A program made the translations under genes and the position numbers. Below, in pieces: positions 12,291-24,488 of a DNA stretch of 64,000 nt. The stretch comes from Octopus sinensis (lineage: Eukaryota), in the NCBI RefSeq assembly GCF_006345805.1, contig NC_043000.1, forward strand, positions 117,924,001 through 117,988,000. Direction: 5' to 3'. The stretch's first letter is position 1, and each line of letters starts with the position of its first letter. The notes under the pieces were generated by a model, which saw only the letters and a program-made list of their open reading frames with translations, was not told the origin of the DNA and ran no database searches.

Positions 12291-12944
12291 ATATGTTTCA
12301 TTGCCATCAATGTACCCGATCCCCACCACACAAATGACTACTTCCCGTTGTATTTGCTTATCTTTCCTTTTAATTTCCTTTCAACCAGTCCTACACATCT
12401 CCGTTCCCCTATTTATTGTTTTATCACTATGACTAAAGAATAGACTCCTTGTGCTCTGTAATTATTATGATACTGACTTATATCAACCAATTACTCAAAT
12501 CAGTCATTTATATCCCACTACTGGTTAAAGGTTTTCTGATTATCTCTTTCTATAATTTTCCACTTAGAGTCTCCGGTCTCCAACTTTCGTTACAGTTCCC
12601 GTTTCTCTTTTGTTATTTGCTCATATTCTCATTCATTGCATGCATCAGGTTGTTGACCAGCGGACATTGTAACGTACGTAACCCATCCTGAATTCTGCTG
12701 ATATCTGTTTCTTTCACTGGAATTTAAAAACCATTTGTGACGTTTGGAATTGTAATTGTACGATGCCAGCCTATTGAATTCTGACACATATGATCAGTCG
12801 ATTAAGTAAAATGTACCCTAGGAGGGATAAATAGCAAGGATTTATCCTTCCCTAGCAGGGTTTGCGTTCACAGAATGAGGAGAGAAAGAGAAAATATCAC
12901 AAACCATTTTGTCTGCTGTTCTAACAATTCTTATTTCACAATTG

Positions 12945-13345
12945 CCCATAAGGGGCTAAACACAGAGGGGACAAACAAGGACAGACAAACGGATTAAGTC
13001 GATTACATCGACACCAGTGCGTAACTGGTACTTATTTAATCTACCCCGAAAGGATGAAAGGCAAAGTCGACCTCAGCGGAATTTGAACTCAGAACGTAAT
13101 GGCAGACGAAATACCTATTTCTTTACTACCCACAAGGGGCTAAACAGAGAGGGGACAAACAAGGACAGACAAACGGATTAAGTCGATCACATCGACCCCA
13201 GTGCATAACTGGTACTTAATTTATTCACCCCGAAAGGCTGAAAGCAAGTCGACCATGGCGGAATTTGAACTCGGAACGTAACGGCAGACGAAATACGGCT
13301 AAGCATTTCGCCCGGCGTGCTAACGTTTCTGCCAGCTCGCCGTCT
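12945..13345 (-). mobile_element. SINE-A dimer
   Basis: Two core+tail modules under one tRNA-like head. Confidence 0.8.
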
Positions 13346-13658
13346 TCGACTAATGATTCTGCTAGTTCTCTAACTAACAATGTGCACAATAACGGTTAAT
13401 GAATATAAGTTGAAGTCGAAGAAATATGTCTAATAAAACTTTTACAGCAGACAGATATTACCACTAAATCGAAAGCATGCACCAAACTTTCTGTTCGACT
13501 AACAAATGTTGATTAAAACACGTAAAGGACTACAATAATTATTCAATTCGTTATGGTCTGCAAAAATCTTTGGAAGCAGATTAGTTCAATTACTGAAGCG
13601 TGTAAACCAGTAGCATACCTGTATAGGTAGGAAATTTGCATAAACATATGCTGATAAA

Positions 13659-13703
<45 letters not shown>

Positions 13704-13704
<1 letters not shown>

Positions 13705-13818
13705 AAATCAAAATAAGCAACACGGATATTCAAAGGTAATGCAGTACGATCGTTTCATGCGACTTCATGCGATCGCACTGCATTACCTTTGGATATCCTT
13801 GATGCTTATTTTGATTAT
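13704..13818. repeat. Fold-back inverted repeat containing a hammerhead 3' half (Penelope-like end)
   Basis: ~49-bp arms 13704-13752 and 13770-13818; minus strand reads GAAAC-GATC-GTA-CTGC at 13741-13756; the CTGANGA half is missing. Confidence 0.7.
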
Positions 13819-13973
13819 AATCAGCTCATTTTGAATCATATGGATAATACCATACCAAATTCTGGTGCCTTTAACTTAAGTACCATATTCAACTGAATCT
13901 AAATTTTTACTGAACTTATATATATACATTTCTTTACATGCACGCACAACTACACACCTACAACATGTGCACG

Positions 13974-14023
<50 letters not shown>

Positions 14024-14169
14024 CCCACCTTACACCGGTTAGAAAACGAAACACAGAAACATGAACGGGAAATTTTTTTATGATAAAGAAAAAGAACACG
14101 TATAGATGTAACACCATGAATCTACACCTCGTAATGTATGCTGTTTTATCTTTCTTTCAATGATCTCCT

Positions 14170-14560
14170 CGTCGTAAACGGGATTGTCACTACAGGAGCG
14201 CTTTCGCTAACTGATAAGTACGATCAAGACCGACTTGCGTTACATATCAACAACATCCTGGTCACTCCATTAGGACTGTGATTCGATTAGGAAAGTTTTG
14301 TTTCACCAAGTTTGCACTGAGCATGCTACCAATCTTATCTCGTAATGAAATTCTACAGATGGTACACAGACAGTGCATGTGAAAACCTTCTTGAACTCTA
14401 ATTTAGCCCCTGTGTAGTGTACAAGTTGCCATCACGTGTACAAATATTGGAAGTACAACCACCACTTTTTAGATATTCATCTTAGTCTTTTGTATCATAC
14501 CATGCCAATGCAGCCGATGATAAGACCTTCCCAAGCTACCTGCATCTATTAACGCCAATA
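14170..14560 (-). pseudogene. Decayed RTE-clade LINE fragment (post-RT region)
   Basis: TKMNI*KVVVVLP...FHMHCLCTICRISLRDKI resembles RTE TK..VY.AVVLP.LLY...FH..CLR.I..I.W.DKI. Confidence 0.55.
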
Positions 14561-15029
14561 CCATCTCATTAAAATTAGTGTTACTGATTTCAGTAAACAA
14601 TTAAAATTAGTGTTCATGATTTCAAATAGGTGATAGAACAGGCTGCTCTCTGATGTTAACCATTGCTGTACGTCAGCGCTCTACGGTAGTACTGTATCAT
14701 ATCTGCATCTGACCGGTGAAACATACGTTTCATGTATACGATCAACAGGTTCAAACGCTTTAAGATAAATGAAGGAAGCAGACGACACTATCCTGAAAAG
14801 CTGGAAGAGGTGAGGGGAGGGTAAAAACAATCAGACACATTGCTTGATCAACAATATTTTTCTTTTCTTCAATTCCTTTACTTACGTTAGTCATTAGACT
14901 GCTGCTATACTGGGGCACTGCATTTAAAGATCTTAAATAACCGCATCGGTCCCATGTTTTAAAGAGACTGAAGGTTGTATATCTTCAATACCAAGAACAA
15001 GAACATAGAAATTTAGAATGTATGCATTT

Positions 15030-15203
15030 TTTACTTTGACTGCGGCCATGCTGGAGCACCACCTTTAGTCAAAGAAATCGACCCCAGGACTATTACTTAT
15101 CCTATCGGCCTCTTTTGCTGAACCTTTAAGTTACGGCGACGTAAACACACACCAGCATCGGTTGTCAAGTGATGGTGGGGGACAAACACAGACACATACA
15201 CGT

Positions 15204-15262
<59 letters not shown>

Positions 15263-15428
15263 TACGACGGGCTTCTTTAGTTTCCGTCTACCGAATCTAC
15301 TCAGAAGGCTTTGGTCGGCCCGAGGCTATAGTACAAGACACTTGCCCAAGGTGCCACGCAGTGGGACTGAACACGGAACCATGTGGTTGGGAAGTAAGCT
15401 TCTTACCACACAGCCACACCCGCGTCTG
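15030..15428 (-). mobile_element. SINE-B copy
   Basis: Reverse complement of the family B head, core and 3' part; internal (CA)n(TA)n. Confidence 0.8.
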
Positions 15429-15589
15429 TGTCTTTATGTTTGTTGTATGTGGGAGCATATATGTTTAAGTATAATTGCTAGCTGTCGATGCCTATTCATC
15501 TTTGAAAACACATAGAATTTCAAGTGAAATAAACTCACTGATCTACAAAATTAGAAATATTGCATTTCTAATGTCTCAGAGAGACTTAT

Positions 15590-15628
15590 CAGACTGATGA
15601 CGAGCAATGACTCTGAAACTGGTCTCTG
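15590..15628 (+). ncRNA. Minimal type I hammerhead ribozyme motif, canonical core
   Basis: CAGA-CTGATGA-C GAG caatga CTC T-GAAAC-TG-GTC-TCTG; stem I CAGA/TCTG; GUC cleavage triplet; C/T mismatch at the base of stem II. Confidence 0.7.
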
Positions 15629-16136
15629 GATGCTGGTTTTGCTGGGTGGAGGTGCTTATCTCCCCTGTTTGAAAATATAAGGACACAGTGCGCTTGTGTC
15701 ACATAGCCAACTGGAAACGTTGTTTCCTGGGGCTAGATAGCAGTAGCATTCTTCTCTTTCCTGGGACTGCCACATTAAGTTGGCAACAAATAAAATGACC
15801 GACGTTCTATGACTTCTGTCTTATAGAGAAACACCTTATGATATTTTAGCCCTAAACGAAAGAATGTACTAATTTTGACCGGTCGATATATATTTTCTTC
15901 TTAATTTCAAAGAAATTTCTGCTCGTGAGTAAATATATGACTTGTAACTTCAGCAATCATGTGAGCTCTCGAAAAATGGAAGGAATTGTATTTTATACCA
16001 TTGGCAGTTATTGCTTCTCATTTCACTGATGACTATAAGTATATTTTTGATGGCTTTCTTTCGTTAAAATCGCTCAAAAGTCGAATGAACGAAACCTCAG
16101 TTCAGAAATGTAATCTTACTCTACTTTGGACATTAA

Positions 16137-16176
<40 letters not shown>

Positions 16177-17089
16177 ACACACACATTAGCAAGCTTTAAT
16201 GGCGGTAGTTTTCGACGACGTCGTCATCATTATCATCATCGTAGTCAATGTCTTCGTATTTACAATGAATTCCATCATCCTCGTTAATAACTTCACCGCG
16301 GCCGTAGTTGTTTATCATATTAATTTTCTGAAATCCATCACCATTACCACCACCACCACCATCTATATTACAGTCATCACCCAAATCACTAAATTTTCGT
16401 CAACAACCAGAAGGTTAAAGACCAAAGCTGCCATGATAAAAAATAAAAACAGTGGCAATATGCGGAGCAAAATAACACGTTTCCTTAATTAATCTCAAGA
16501 CCGAAATAATTACTTAATGAAACACTTTTAGATTAAGTGCTATTTAAAGAACAAATTAATAATATAAAGTGATTACTGGAACCGTAAGCAATCTGATAAA
16601 GCTAACAGATGATCCATGAAAATTGATTCTTGTCCAAAAGTGTTATTATTTGCTCAGTACAGCAGTGAGGCAAGAGACGATGAACAATGAAAGCACACAG
16701 ATTCCGATAATCATACAAATACGTTTGAAAACATATACTCACATATAACCACACATATACACAACATATATACATATATGCGTACACCTATATAAACACT
16801 TAGGTATACTTATATGTGTACATATACTTACATGTGTACACGTATGTACTTAGGGGTGAATGATAGGTTTTTTGGTCCACAAACAATTTTTTGCATGATT
16901 AGCAAAATACCGGATTAACGAAGAAAAAAAATGACTATAATCTGTTAATCTATGCGTTAACAAATGACACGGTGACTCTCAAGTACACAAATCACTTTTG
17001 TTAAAACGTCCTCGTATGTGTGTGTGCGTGCACATATGTGTATATGTGTGTGTGTGTATACATACATATATACATATACATATATATAC

Positions 17090-17177
<88 letters not shown>

Positions 17178-17199
17178 GTGTGTGTGTGTGTGTGTGTGT

Positions 17200-18419
17200 A
17201 CACGCACATATGCGTGTAAGATGGTGTGTGGCAGTTCAGCTTAAATCGTCACGTACATTTTTTTCCCCAATTTCGTTTCACAGAATTAATAAGTATAACG
17301 ATATTAGGGAATTTGCTTGCTTATGAAAACTTTCTACTTTCTTCTTTCTCTCCTTGTGGTTGCTGTTATTGTTGTTATTATAGTTGTTGTATTATTGTTG
17401 TTGTCATCGTCGTCGTTGTTGTTATCTATATAATCAAAGTTTTGAGATATATATACAGGGTGTCCAAAAATTGTATACGCACATTAAAAAATTGCATACG
17501 TACATTAAAAAAAAATCAGCTGTAATTAAAACACATTTTATTTTCAAAAATTAATATAATCCACTGACAGAATTTAATATTTTTATGAACGCCCTGTTTT
17601 CAAACTGAAAACCGTTTTAGTCCAAACACTGCTGATAGCACGACGGAACGGAAACACAAACATGAAGAAACATTCTTTTCTACTCTAGGCATAAGGCCCG
17701 AAATTTTGGGGGAGGGGGCCAATCGATGAGATCCACCCAGGACGCAACTGGTACTTAATTTATCGACCCCGAAAGGATGAAAGGCAAAGTCGACCTTGGC
17801 AGAATTTGCACTCAAAAGATAAAGACAGACGAAATACCTATTTCTATACTACCCACAAGAGGCTACACACAGAGAGGACAAACAAGGACAGACAAACGGA
17901 TTAAGTCGATTATATCGACCCCAGTGCGTAACTGGTCCTTAATTTATCGACCCCGAAAGGATGAAAAGCAAAGTCGACCTCGGCGGAATTTGAACTCAGA
18001 ACGTAACGGCAGACGAAATACTGCTAAGTATTTCGCCCGGCGTGCTAACGTTTCTGCCAGCTCGCCGCCTTCATATAAAGAAACATTACCATCGATATTT
18101 AGGCGTATTTTCATCCAATGGCTTCCCTCAAATTGTCGAATGTTGCCGTTTCTGCACTGCAAACTTTATATTTTAAGTATCCCTATCAAAACTTCTGTGA
18201 GGTTCGGTGAACTTTACCATTCGTCTTTTCGGCGTCGATAAAATAAGTACCAGTTGAATACTGGGGTCGATCTAATCGACATACCTTCTCCCCCAAAATT
18301 TCAGGCCTTGTGCCTATAGTAATAGAAAGGATTATTGCAAATGGGATAAATCTAAAGAAAAATATAAATTTTAGTATTATCACCTGTTAAAGTGTGTAGG
18401 CATTTTTGGACATCCATCC

Positions 18420-18420
<1 letters not shown>
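17200..18420. repeat. Tandem duplication unit, copy 1 (period ~1268 bp)
   Basis: Near-identical to 18468-19685; both copies bounded by (TA)n(TG)n. Confidence 0.95.
17456..18415. mobile_element. Possible Tc1/mariner non-autonomous element containing nested SINE-A copies
   Basis: TA-CAGGGTGTCCAAAAATTG at left and degenerate ATTTTTGGACATCC at right; SINE-A dimer at ~17658-18070 (minus) and a fragment at ~18210-18330 (plus). Confidence 0.45.
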
Positions 18421-18467
<47 letters not shown>

Positions 18468-18469
<2 letters not shown>

Positions 18470-19684
18470 ACGCACATATGCGTGTAAGATGGTGTGTGGC
18501 AGTTCAGCTTAAATCGTCACGTACATTTTTTTCCCCAATTTTGTTTCACAGAATTAATAAGTATAACGATATTAGGGAATTTGCTTGCTTATGAAAACTT
18601 TCTACTTTCTTCTTTCTCTCCTTGTGGTTGCTGTTATTGTTGTTATTATAGTTGTTGTATTATTGTTGTTGTCATCGTCGTCGTTGTTGTTATCTATATA
18701 ATCAAAGTTTTGAGATATATATACAGGGTGTCCAAAAATTGTATACGCACATTAAAAAATTGCATACGTACATAAAAAAAAATCAGCTGTAATTAAAACA
18801 CATTTTATTTTCAAAAATTAATATAATCCACTGACAGAATTTAATATTTTTATGAACGCCCTGTTTTCAAACTGAAAACCGTTTTAGTCCAAACACTGCT
18901 GATAGCACGACGGAACGGAAACACAAACATGAAGAAACATTCTTTTCTACTCTAGGCATAAGGCCCGAAATTTTGGGGGAGGGGGCCAATCGATGAGATC
19001 CACCCAGGACGCAACTGGTACTTAATTTATCGACCCCGAAAGGATGAAAGGCAAAGTCGACCTTGGCAGAATTTGCACTCAAAAGATAAAGACAGACGAA
19101 ATACCTATTTCTATACTACCCACAAGAGGCTACACACAGAGAGGACAAACAAGGACAGACAAACGGATTAAGTCGATTATATCGACCCCAGTGCGTAACT
19201 GGTCCTTAATTTATCGACCCCGAAAGGATGAAAAGCAAAGTCGACCTCGGCGGAATTTGAACTCAGAACGTAACGGCAGACGAAATACTGCTAAGTATTT
19301 CGCCGGCGTGCTAACGTTTCTGCAGCTCGCCGCCTTCATATAAAGAAACATTACCATCGATATTTAGGCGTATTTTCATCCAATGGCTTCCCTCAAATTG
19401 TCGAATGTTGCCGTTTCTGCACTGCAAACTTTATATTTTAAGTATCCCTATCAAAACTTCTGTGAGGTTCGGTGAACTTTACCATTCGTCTTTTCGGCGT
19501 CGATAAAATAAGTACCAGTTGAATACTGGTGTCGATCTAATCGACATACCTTCTCCCCCAAAATTTCAGGCCTTGTGCCTATAGTAATAGAAAGGATTAT
19601 TGCAAATGGGATAAATCTAAAGAAAAATATAAATTTTAGTATTATCACCTGTTAAAGTGTGTAGGCATTTTTGGACATCCATCC

Positions 19685-19685
<1 letters not shown>
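18468..19685. repeat. Tandem duplication unit, copy 2
   Basis: Differs from copy 1 by only a few substitutions and 1-bp deletions, e.g. CGCCCGGCG>CGCCGGCG and CTGCCAG>CTGCAG. Confidence 0.95.
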
Positions 19686-19729
<44 letters not shown>

Positions 19730-19731
19730 CC

Positions 19732-19768
19732 GTCCGACGAACGGGAACGTGAAACTCTGAGTAACAGC
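19732..19768 (+). ncRNA. Minimal hammerhead motif with CCGACGA core
   Basis: GT-CCGACGA-ACG ggaa CGT-GAAAC-TCTGA-GTA-ACAGC; stem II closed by a GNRA loop; stem I only 2 bp in this copy. Confidence 0.55.
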
Positions 19769-19863
19769 TTTTGTTATATTTCTGCTACTTTAAAATAAAG
19801 CGTATATTATTCTAACTCTGGTATTCCACCTTGTTTCACATTTATGTGCTTACTCCGGTATAT

Positions 19864-19921
<58 letters not shown>

Positions 19922-20004
19922 ATATATATAATGTACTGATCCGTGATAGAAAATTCAACAAAAAAAGTACTCCATCTGGTGAGAGATAAATATTATTATT
20001 ATTT

Positions 20005-20211
20005 AAAGGTGACAATATATGTATTAAAGCGCTGCTAATAGTTTCATATGTTGAGAAATCTCAAAAACACTCCTCAGGCGCAAATTACATATCCTGACAA
20101 ACTAAAATATTCTTTAGTTCGTTATATATGTTTTGCGCCTGAAGAATATGTTTGAGATCTCTCTACACTTGAATCTATTAGTAGCGCTTTAATACATATA
20201 TTGTCACATTT
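20005..20211. repeat. Fold-back inverted repeat with two opposite-strand hammerhead motifs (20029-20081 minus, 20135-20187 plus)
   Basis: ~88-bp arms; minus copy GCGC-CTGAGGA-stem-GAAAC-TATTA-GCA-GCGC; plus copy GCGC-CTGAAGA-stem-GAATC-TATTA-GTA-GCGC. Confidence 0.8.
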
Positions 20212-20212
20212 A

Positions 20213-20250
<38 letters not shown>

Positions 20251-20270
20251 TAATAATATTTATATATATT

Positions 20271-20670
20271 AGGCGCAGGAGTGGCTGTGTGGTAAGTGGC
20301 TTGCTAACCAACCGCATGGTTCCGGGTTCAGTCCCACTGCGTGGCACCTTGGGCAAGTATCTTCTACTATAGCCCCGGGCTGACCAAAGCCTTGTGAGTG
20401 GATTTGGTAGACGGAAACTGAAAGAAGCCCGTCGTATATATGTATATATATATGTGTGTGTGTATGTGCGTGTGTTTGTGTGTCTGTGTTTGTCCCCTAG
20501 CATTGCTTGACAACCGATGCTGGTGTGTTTATGTCCCCGTCACATAGCGGTTCGGCAAAACAGACCGATAGAATAAGTCCCGGGGTCGAGTTGCTCGATC
20601 AAAGGCGGTGCTCCAGCATGGCCGCAGTCAAATGACTGAAACAGGTAAAAGAGTAAAGAGTAAAGAGTAA
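20271..20670 (+). mobile_element. Full-length SINE-B
   Basis: AGGCGCAGGAGTGGCTGTGTGGTAAG head through to the GAGTAAA-repeat tail. Confidence 0.85.
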
Positions 20671-20974
20671 TATATGTGCGTATTTATGTGTGTGTGTGCC
20701 TGTCTGTCTCATTCTCTCTCTTTCTCATTCTCTATCTGCATGCGTATATTCTTGCGCGCGCGCATTCATGTGTATATGCATGTATGTGTGTGTATGCGCA
20801 TGTGCGTCTGTGTTTGTGTGTGTATGTGTGAGTGTGTGAACCCCCTGCACCAAAGCATACAGTCGACAAAGCAGGCTGAATATACCGTCAGCTGTGCCAA
20901 ATCATCGTTGACCAGACAGCTGCATCCAGTTGCCTCATTTCGTGTTTTAATTAAAAGTGGTTTCAAATTTTAGC

Positions 20975-21380
20975 ACAAGGCCAGCAATTTCAGTGGCAGA
21001 GAAAGTCGACTACACCGACTCAACTGGTGTTTATTTTATCGATCCCAAAAGGATGAAAAGCAAAGTCAACTTCGACGAAATTCGAACTCGGAACGTAATA
21101 CCGCTAAACATTTTCCCCGGCGTGCTAACGATTCTGCCAGCTCACCGCCTTTGTTTTAATGAATACTGGTTTAAAATTTTGGCACACGATCAGGAATTTT
21201 GGGGGAGGGTGCTAGTCGATTACATTGACCCCAGTGTTCAATTGATACTTAATTTATTGATCCCCGACTGGATGGAAATCAAAGTCGACCTCGGCGGAAT
21301 TTGAACCCAGAACGTGTAGACAGGTGAAACACCGTTAAGCATTCTGTCCGACGTGCTAACGGTTCTGCCAGTTCGCCACC
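20975..21380 (-). mobile_element. Two diverged SINE-A copies in tandem
   Basis: Each has GGCGG..AGCTGGCAGAA head, core and a variant short tail. Confidence 0.7.
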
Positions 21381-21920
21381 TTTGTGTTTTGATGAATATT
21401 ACTATTACTTTTTTGAAACCCTGAAAGAATAGTAAGCTCTGTTTTGCAGTCTCAAGCAGATTAATTGCGCCAAATTTATCGTTATAGTTTTTAATTAGAT
21501 GAGAGTTATTGATAACTCAACATGTTGATAATAACATCAGATATTTGATTGAAGTTATTATATATGAAATAATTTCAATGGTCAGTTAACTCGAAAGTGA
21601 AGTAAACTTCGAAATAAATCGTTACATATGTAGCTTGTCAGTTGACTCGTCCAAGGAAGAGAATTACTTGTCCTATTCAGGGATGAAAAAAAAAAAATGA
21701 AGAAACTGGACCGAAATCAACCGAGAATTAAGAATGATGACAACTTCCGGCACATGGTGAATGAGTAAAACCACGTGACGGCTATAAATTAGGATGATGT
21801 TCGGACACACACGAAGTAACATGCACACATGTAATGAACTGATTGATTAAGTATATAAACACATTTCTCTGACTCAGTCGGTGACACGAGTACAAAAGCG
21901 AAATAAATATTTTCTCTATC

Positions 21921-21959
<39 letters not shown>

Positions 21960-22704
21960 GTCTCTCTCTCACTTCAATGTGATGCCAGCTGAATCATCCA
22001 CTAATAATGGTATCAACTTATTCGCCGGATGCGAACATTCTTTCTGTTGCTTTATATGCCTTTCTGAAACTTATTAAGTCTGAAGTTATAAGTGAGATCT
22101 ACCAGAGATGTTGAAAAAGCTTTATTCTATAAACGTATTTATTTATTTCTCCATTTATTTATCTCCAAAGAAAGTTTAAAGCAGACATTCTTTCAAAGGT
22201 GTTTGTTTATATAGAAGAAACTGCATTACATGCCTATACATTGTGGATAGAAATCCTAAACGTAAAACTTCCGTTAAACCATTGCATTTTTCTTTGGCAG
22301 TAATTTGAAGCAAATTAAATTTTGCAATCTGTTTGCAGTACAATGTTGATTTATTCCTCCATTTAATAAACTAAAGTAGTTACACGTTAAAATATTTTTT
22401 TAATAAAATTCCTTGGCTGTATACCGTTTTCTTTTAACTAGTTTGTTTAGGTTAACGGATCATGTCAGTACTTAGATAATTACTGCAGCCCTTCTGTCAT
22501 CACGTTTTCTACACCTGTCATAACTATTATTCATTAGACCTTATACAAAATATACAAAATTACATTAGTATTTGGTGATAACTCCGTTCATAATTTGAAT
22601 TTGAAATTGTCTGACACCAATAAAACAGTTAATCTTAGTGCCTTTTGTATGTGACACTTCATTCAACACGTTAAGTACGTAACACGCTTTGCCATACTAT
22701 ACGT

Positions 22705-23478
22705 ATGTCCGACGAGCTACTAGCACACCGACTCGCAAATGATTTAGTAATCATCGCTGAAACCACAGCTCAGCTGCACAGCATGCCGATAGGGTCGGAC
22801 TCTCGTAGTTTAGCAGTAGTTCTTAAAATGAATCGTATGAAAATAAATTACATGCGATCCGAAGGCCGATTAGAGGCAGGACGGGCAGGACGGGATGAAA
22901 TCACGAAGGCTAATGGTTATGTCTGCTTGGAGCACCCAGTGAATATGCGCCGAGACATCGCTACTGAAATCTCGAAGATTTCAGCAGCCATGTCTTGGGC
23001 AGAATGGTAAGCGTTTACCTCGATGAATGACGTGCTCAAAGGAAAGCTGGAGAAGACCCAGTCTCTTCAATGGTGTCAACCTACCTGCATTTTTATATGC
23101 AAGGGAAATGTGCGCTACTAAGATTTGAGAATATCCATTAGCTACGACACAACGGACCATAGGAAGATCTGTGCTTAGAATACCACTGCAAGAGCGGAGG
23201 ATAGAAAGGAGCGAATAATGTCTTTACAGAATACCGAAGGCACAAGTTCCACTGGGCTGGACATATCACAAGGTTCACAGACAACAGATGGACAACAGTG
23301 CAGTTGCCAAGTGACACCCAAAAGATCGCATAAGCCCATTCGAAAGGCCTGAACGACCACGGAAAGATTTAGTTAAACGATCTGGGCAAAGACAGAAAAG
23401 AAGGATGCAATTAAGAAAGAATTGGAGGCGCATTGTGATCAGCAATGTATTACAACATCCGATAGTCTGGTCATTCAA
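22705..23478 (+). pseudogene. Decayed RTE LINE RT C-terminal fragment
   Basis: HRLANDLVIIAETTAQL (decayed LRFADDIVLIA), LKMNRMK, later WTGHITRFTDNRWT; frameshifted. Confidence 0.7.
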
Positions 23479-24031
23479 AAAATAACTGTAATCTGTTAGT
23501 GTCCAGTCCGTAAAACAAAAGATGAAGATATATTAATAAGGGTGGCCGAGTACACTGAATTGGAAGCTTGTCAGATTTGAAGAACGAAATTTATCTCTGG
23601 TCACTTTCAAACATTTGATTCTCTCTTAATAAAGATTTATAGCACAAATAGTAAATCACTGTTTCTAAAATGTTGGTGTCATAAAATGTGCAATATAAAA
23701 AAACAAAACAAACAAACGCAAAATAAATAAATGAAATGACTGTAAGCAGTATTTCAATGATTTGCTTCTTAAAAATACGAATGGATAGATTTATGCCATA
23801 TCTACCAGATGATGAACAAGAACAGGGAATGCTAAAGAATTCGAAAACTAAATTATTTACGACCTGTTCACAATAATTTCTTAAAGTACAGTTGATAATG
23901 TGCATTTACAAATCTTCTTGTGTTCATGTGTACATACATACATGCACACATACGTACATGCATACATACAGATATACATGCATGCGTGCGTGCTTGCGTA
24001 CCAACGTACATACATACATACATACATACAT

Positions 24032-24454
24032 GACGGCTGCCCCTCGTTATCGAGTATGGCCATTGCACGAAGCTCAACTGTTATTGGTGCTGTGACCGAA
24101 TGTGACTTTTTAGCTCAGCTAAAGATCTACAATGTCTTGTACAGAATTAGCAACTAAAAGCTTTACCGGTAGTAGCCGGCTGTAGTTGTAATTGGGTTTC
24201 ATGTACTTTGCATGTCGTTTAAGTCCTCCTGCCGAATTACACTCTCTTCCACATGCCCGACAGACATGATTAGTATGGTGTGTAACACCACCACCAGTGG
24301 CCAGGTTGTCACTCATCTATCTCGTTTTATGACTTCGAAGATGACTCTTGAGTCCAGCTTTACTGAGGCAGGGTCTTGCACAGAGATTACATGTCAGCAT
24401 CATAGGAAGACCCTTTCCATCTGGAAGTGTAACATACATACATACATACATACA

Positions 24455-24488
<34 letters not shown>

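Noticed and set aside
11394-12331. Long ORFs of 311 aa and 215 aa
   Set aside because: Translations of the polypurine/polypyrimidine tract; poly-F/S low complexity with no domain
17777-18241. 154-aa ORF starting MKGKVDLG and similar ORFs across the window
   Set aside because: Antisense reading of SINE-A; recurs wherever the SINE occurs
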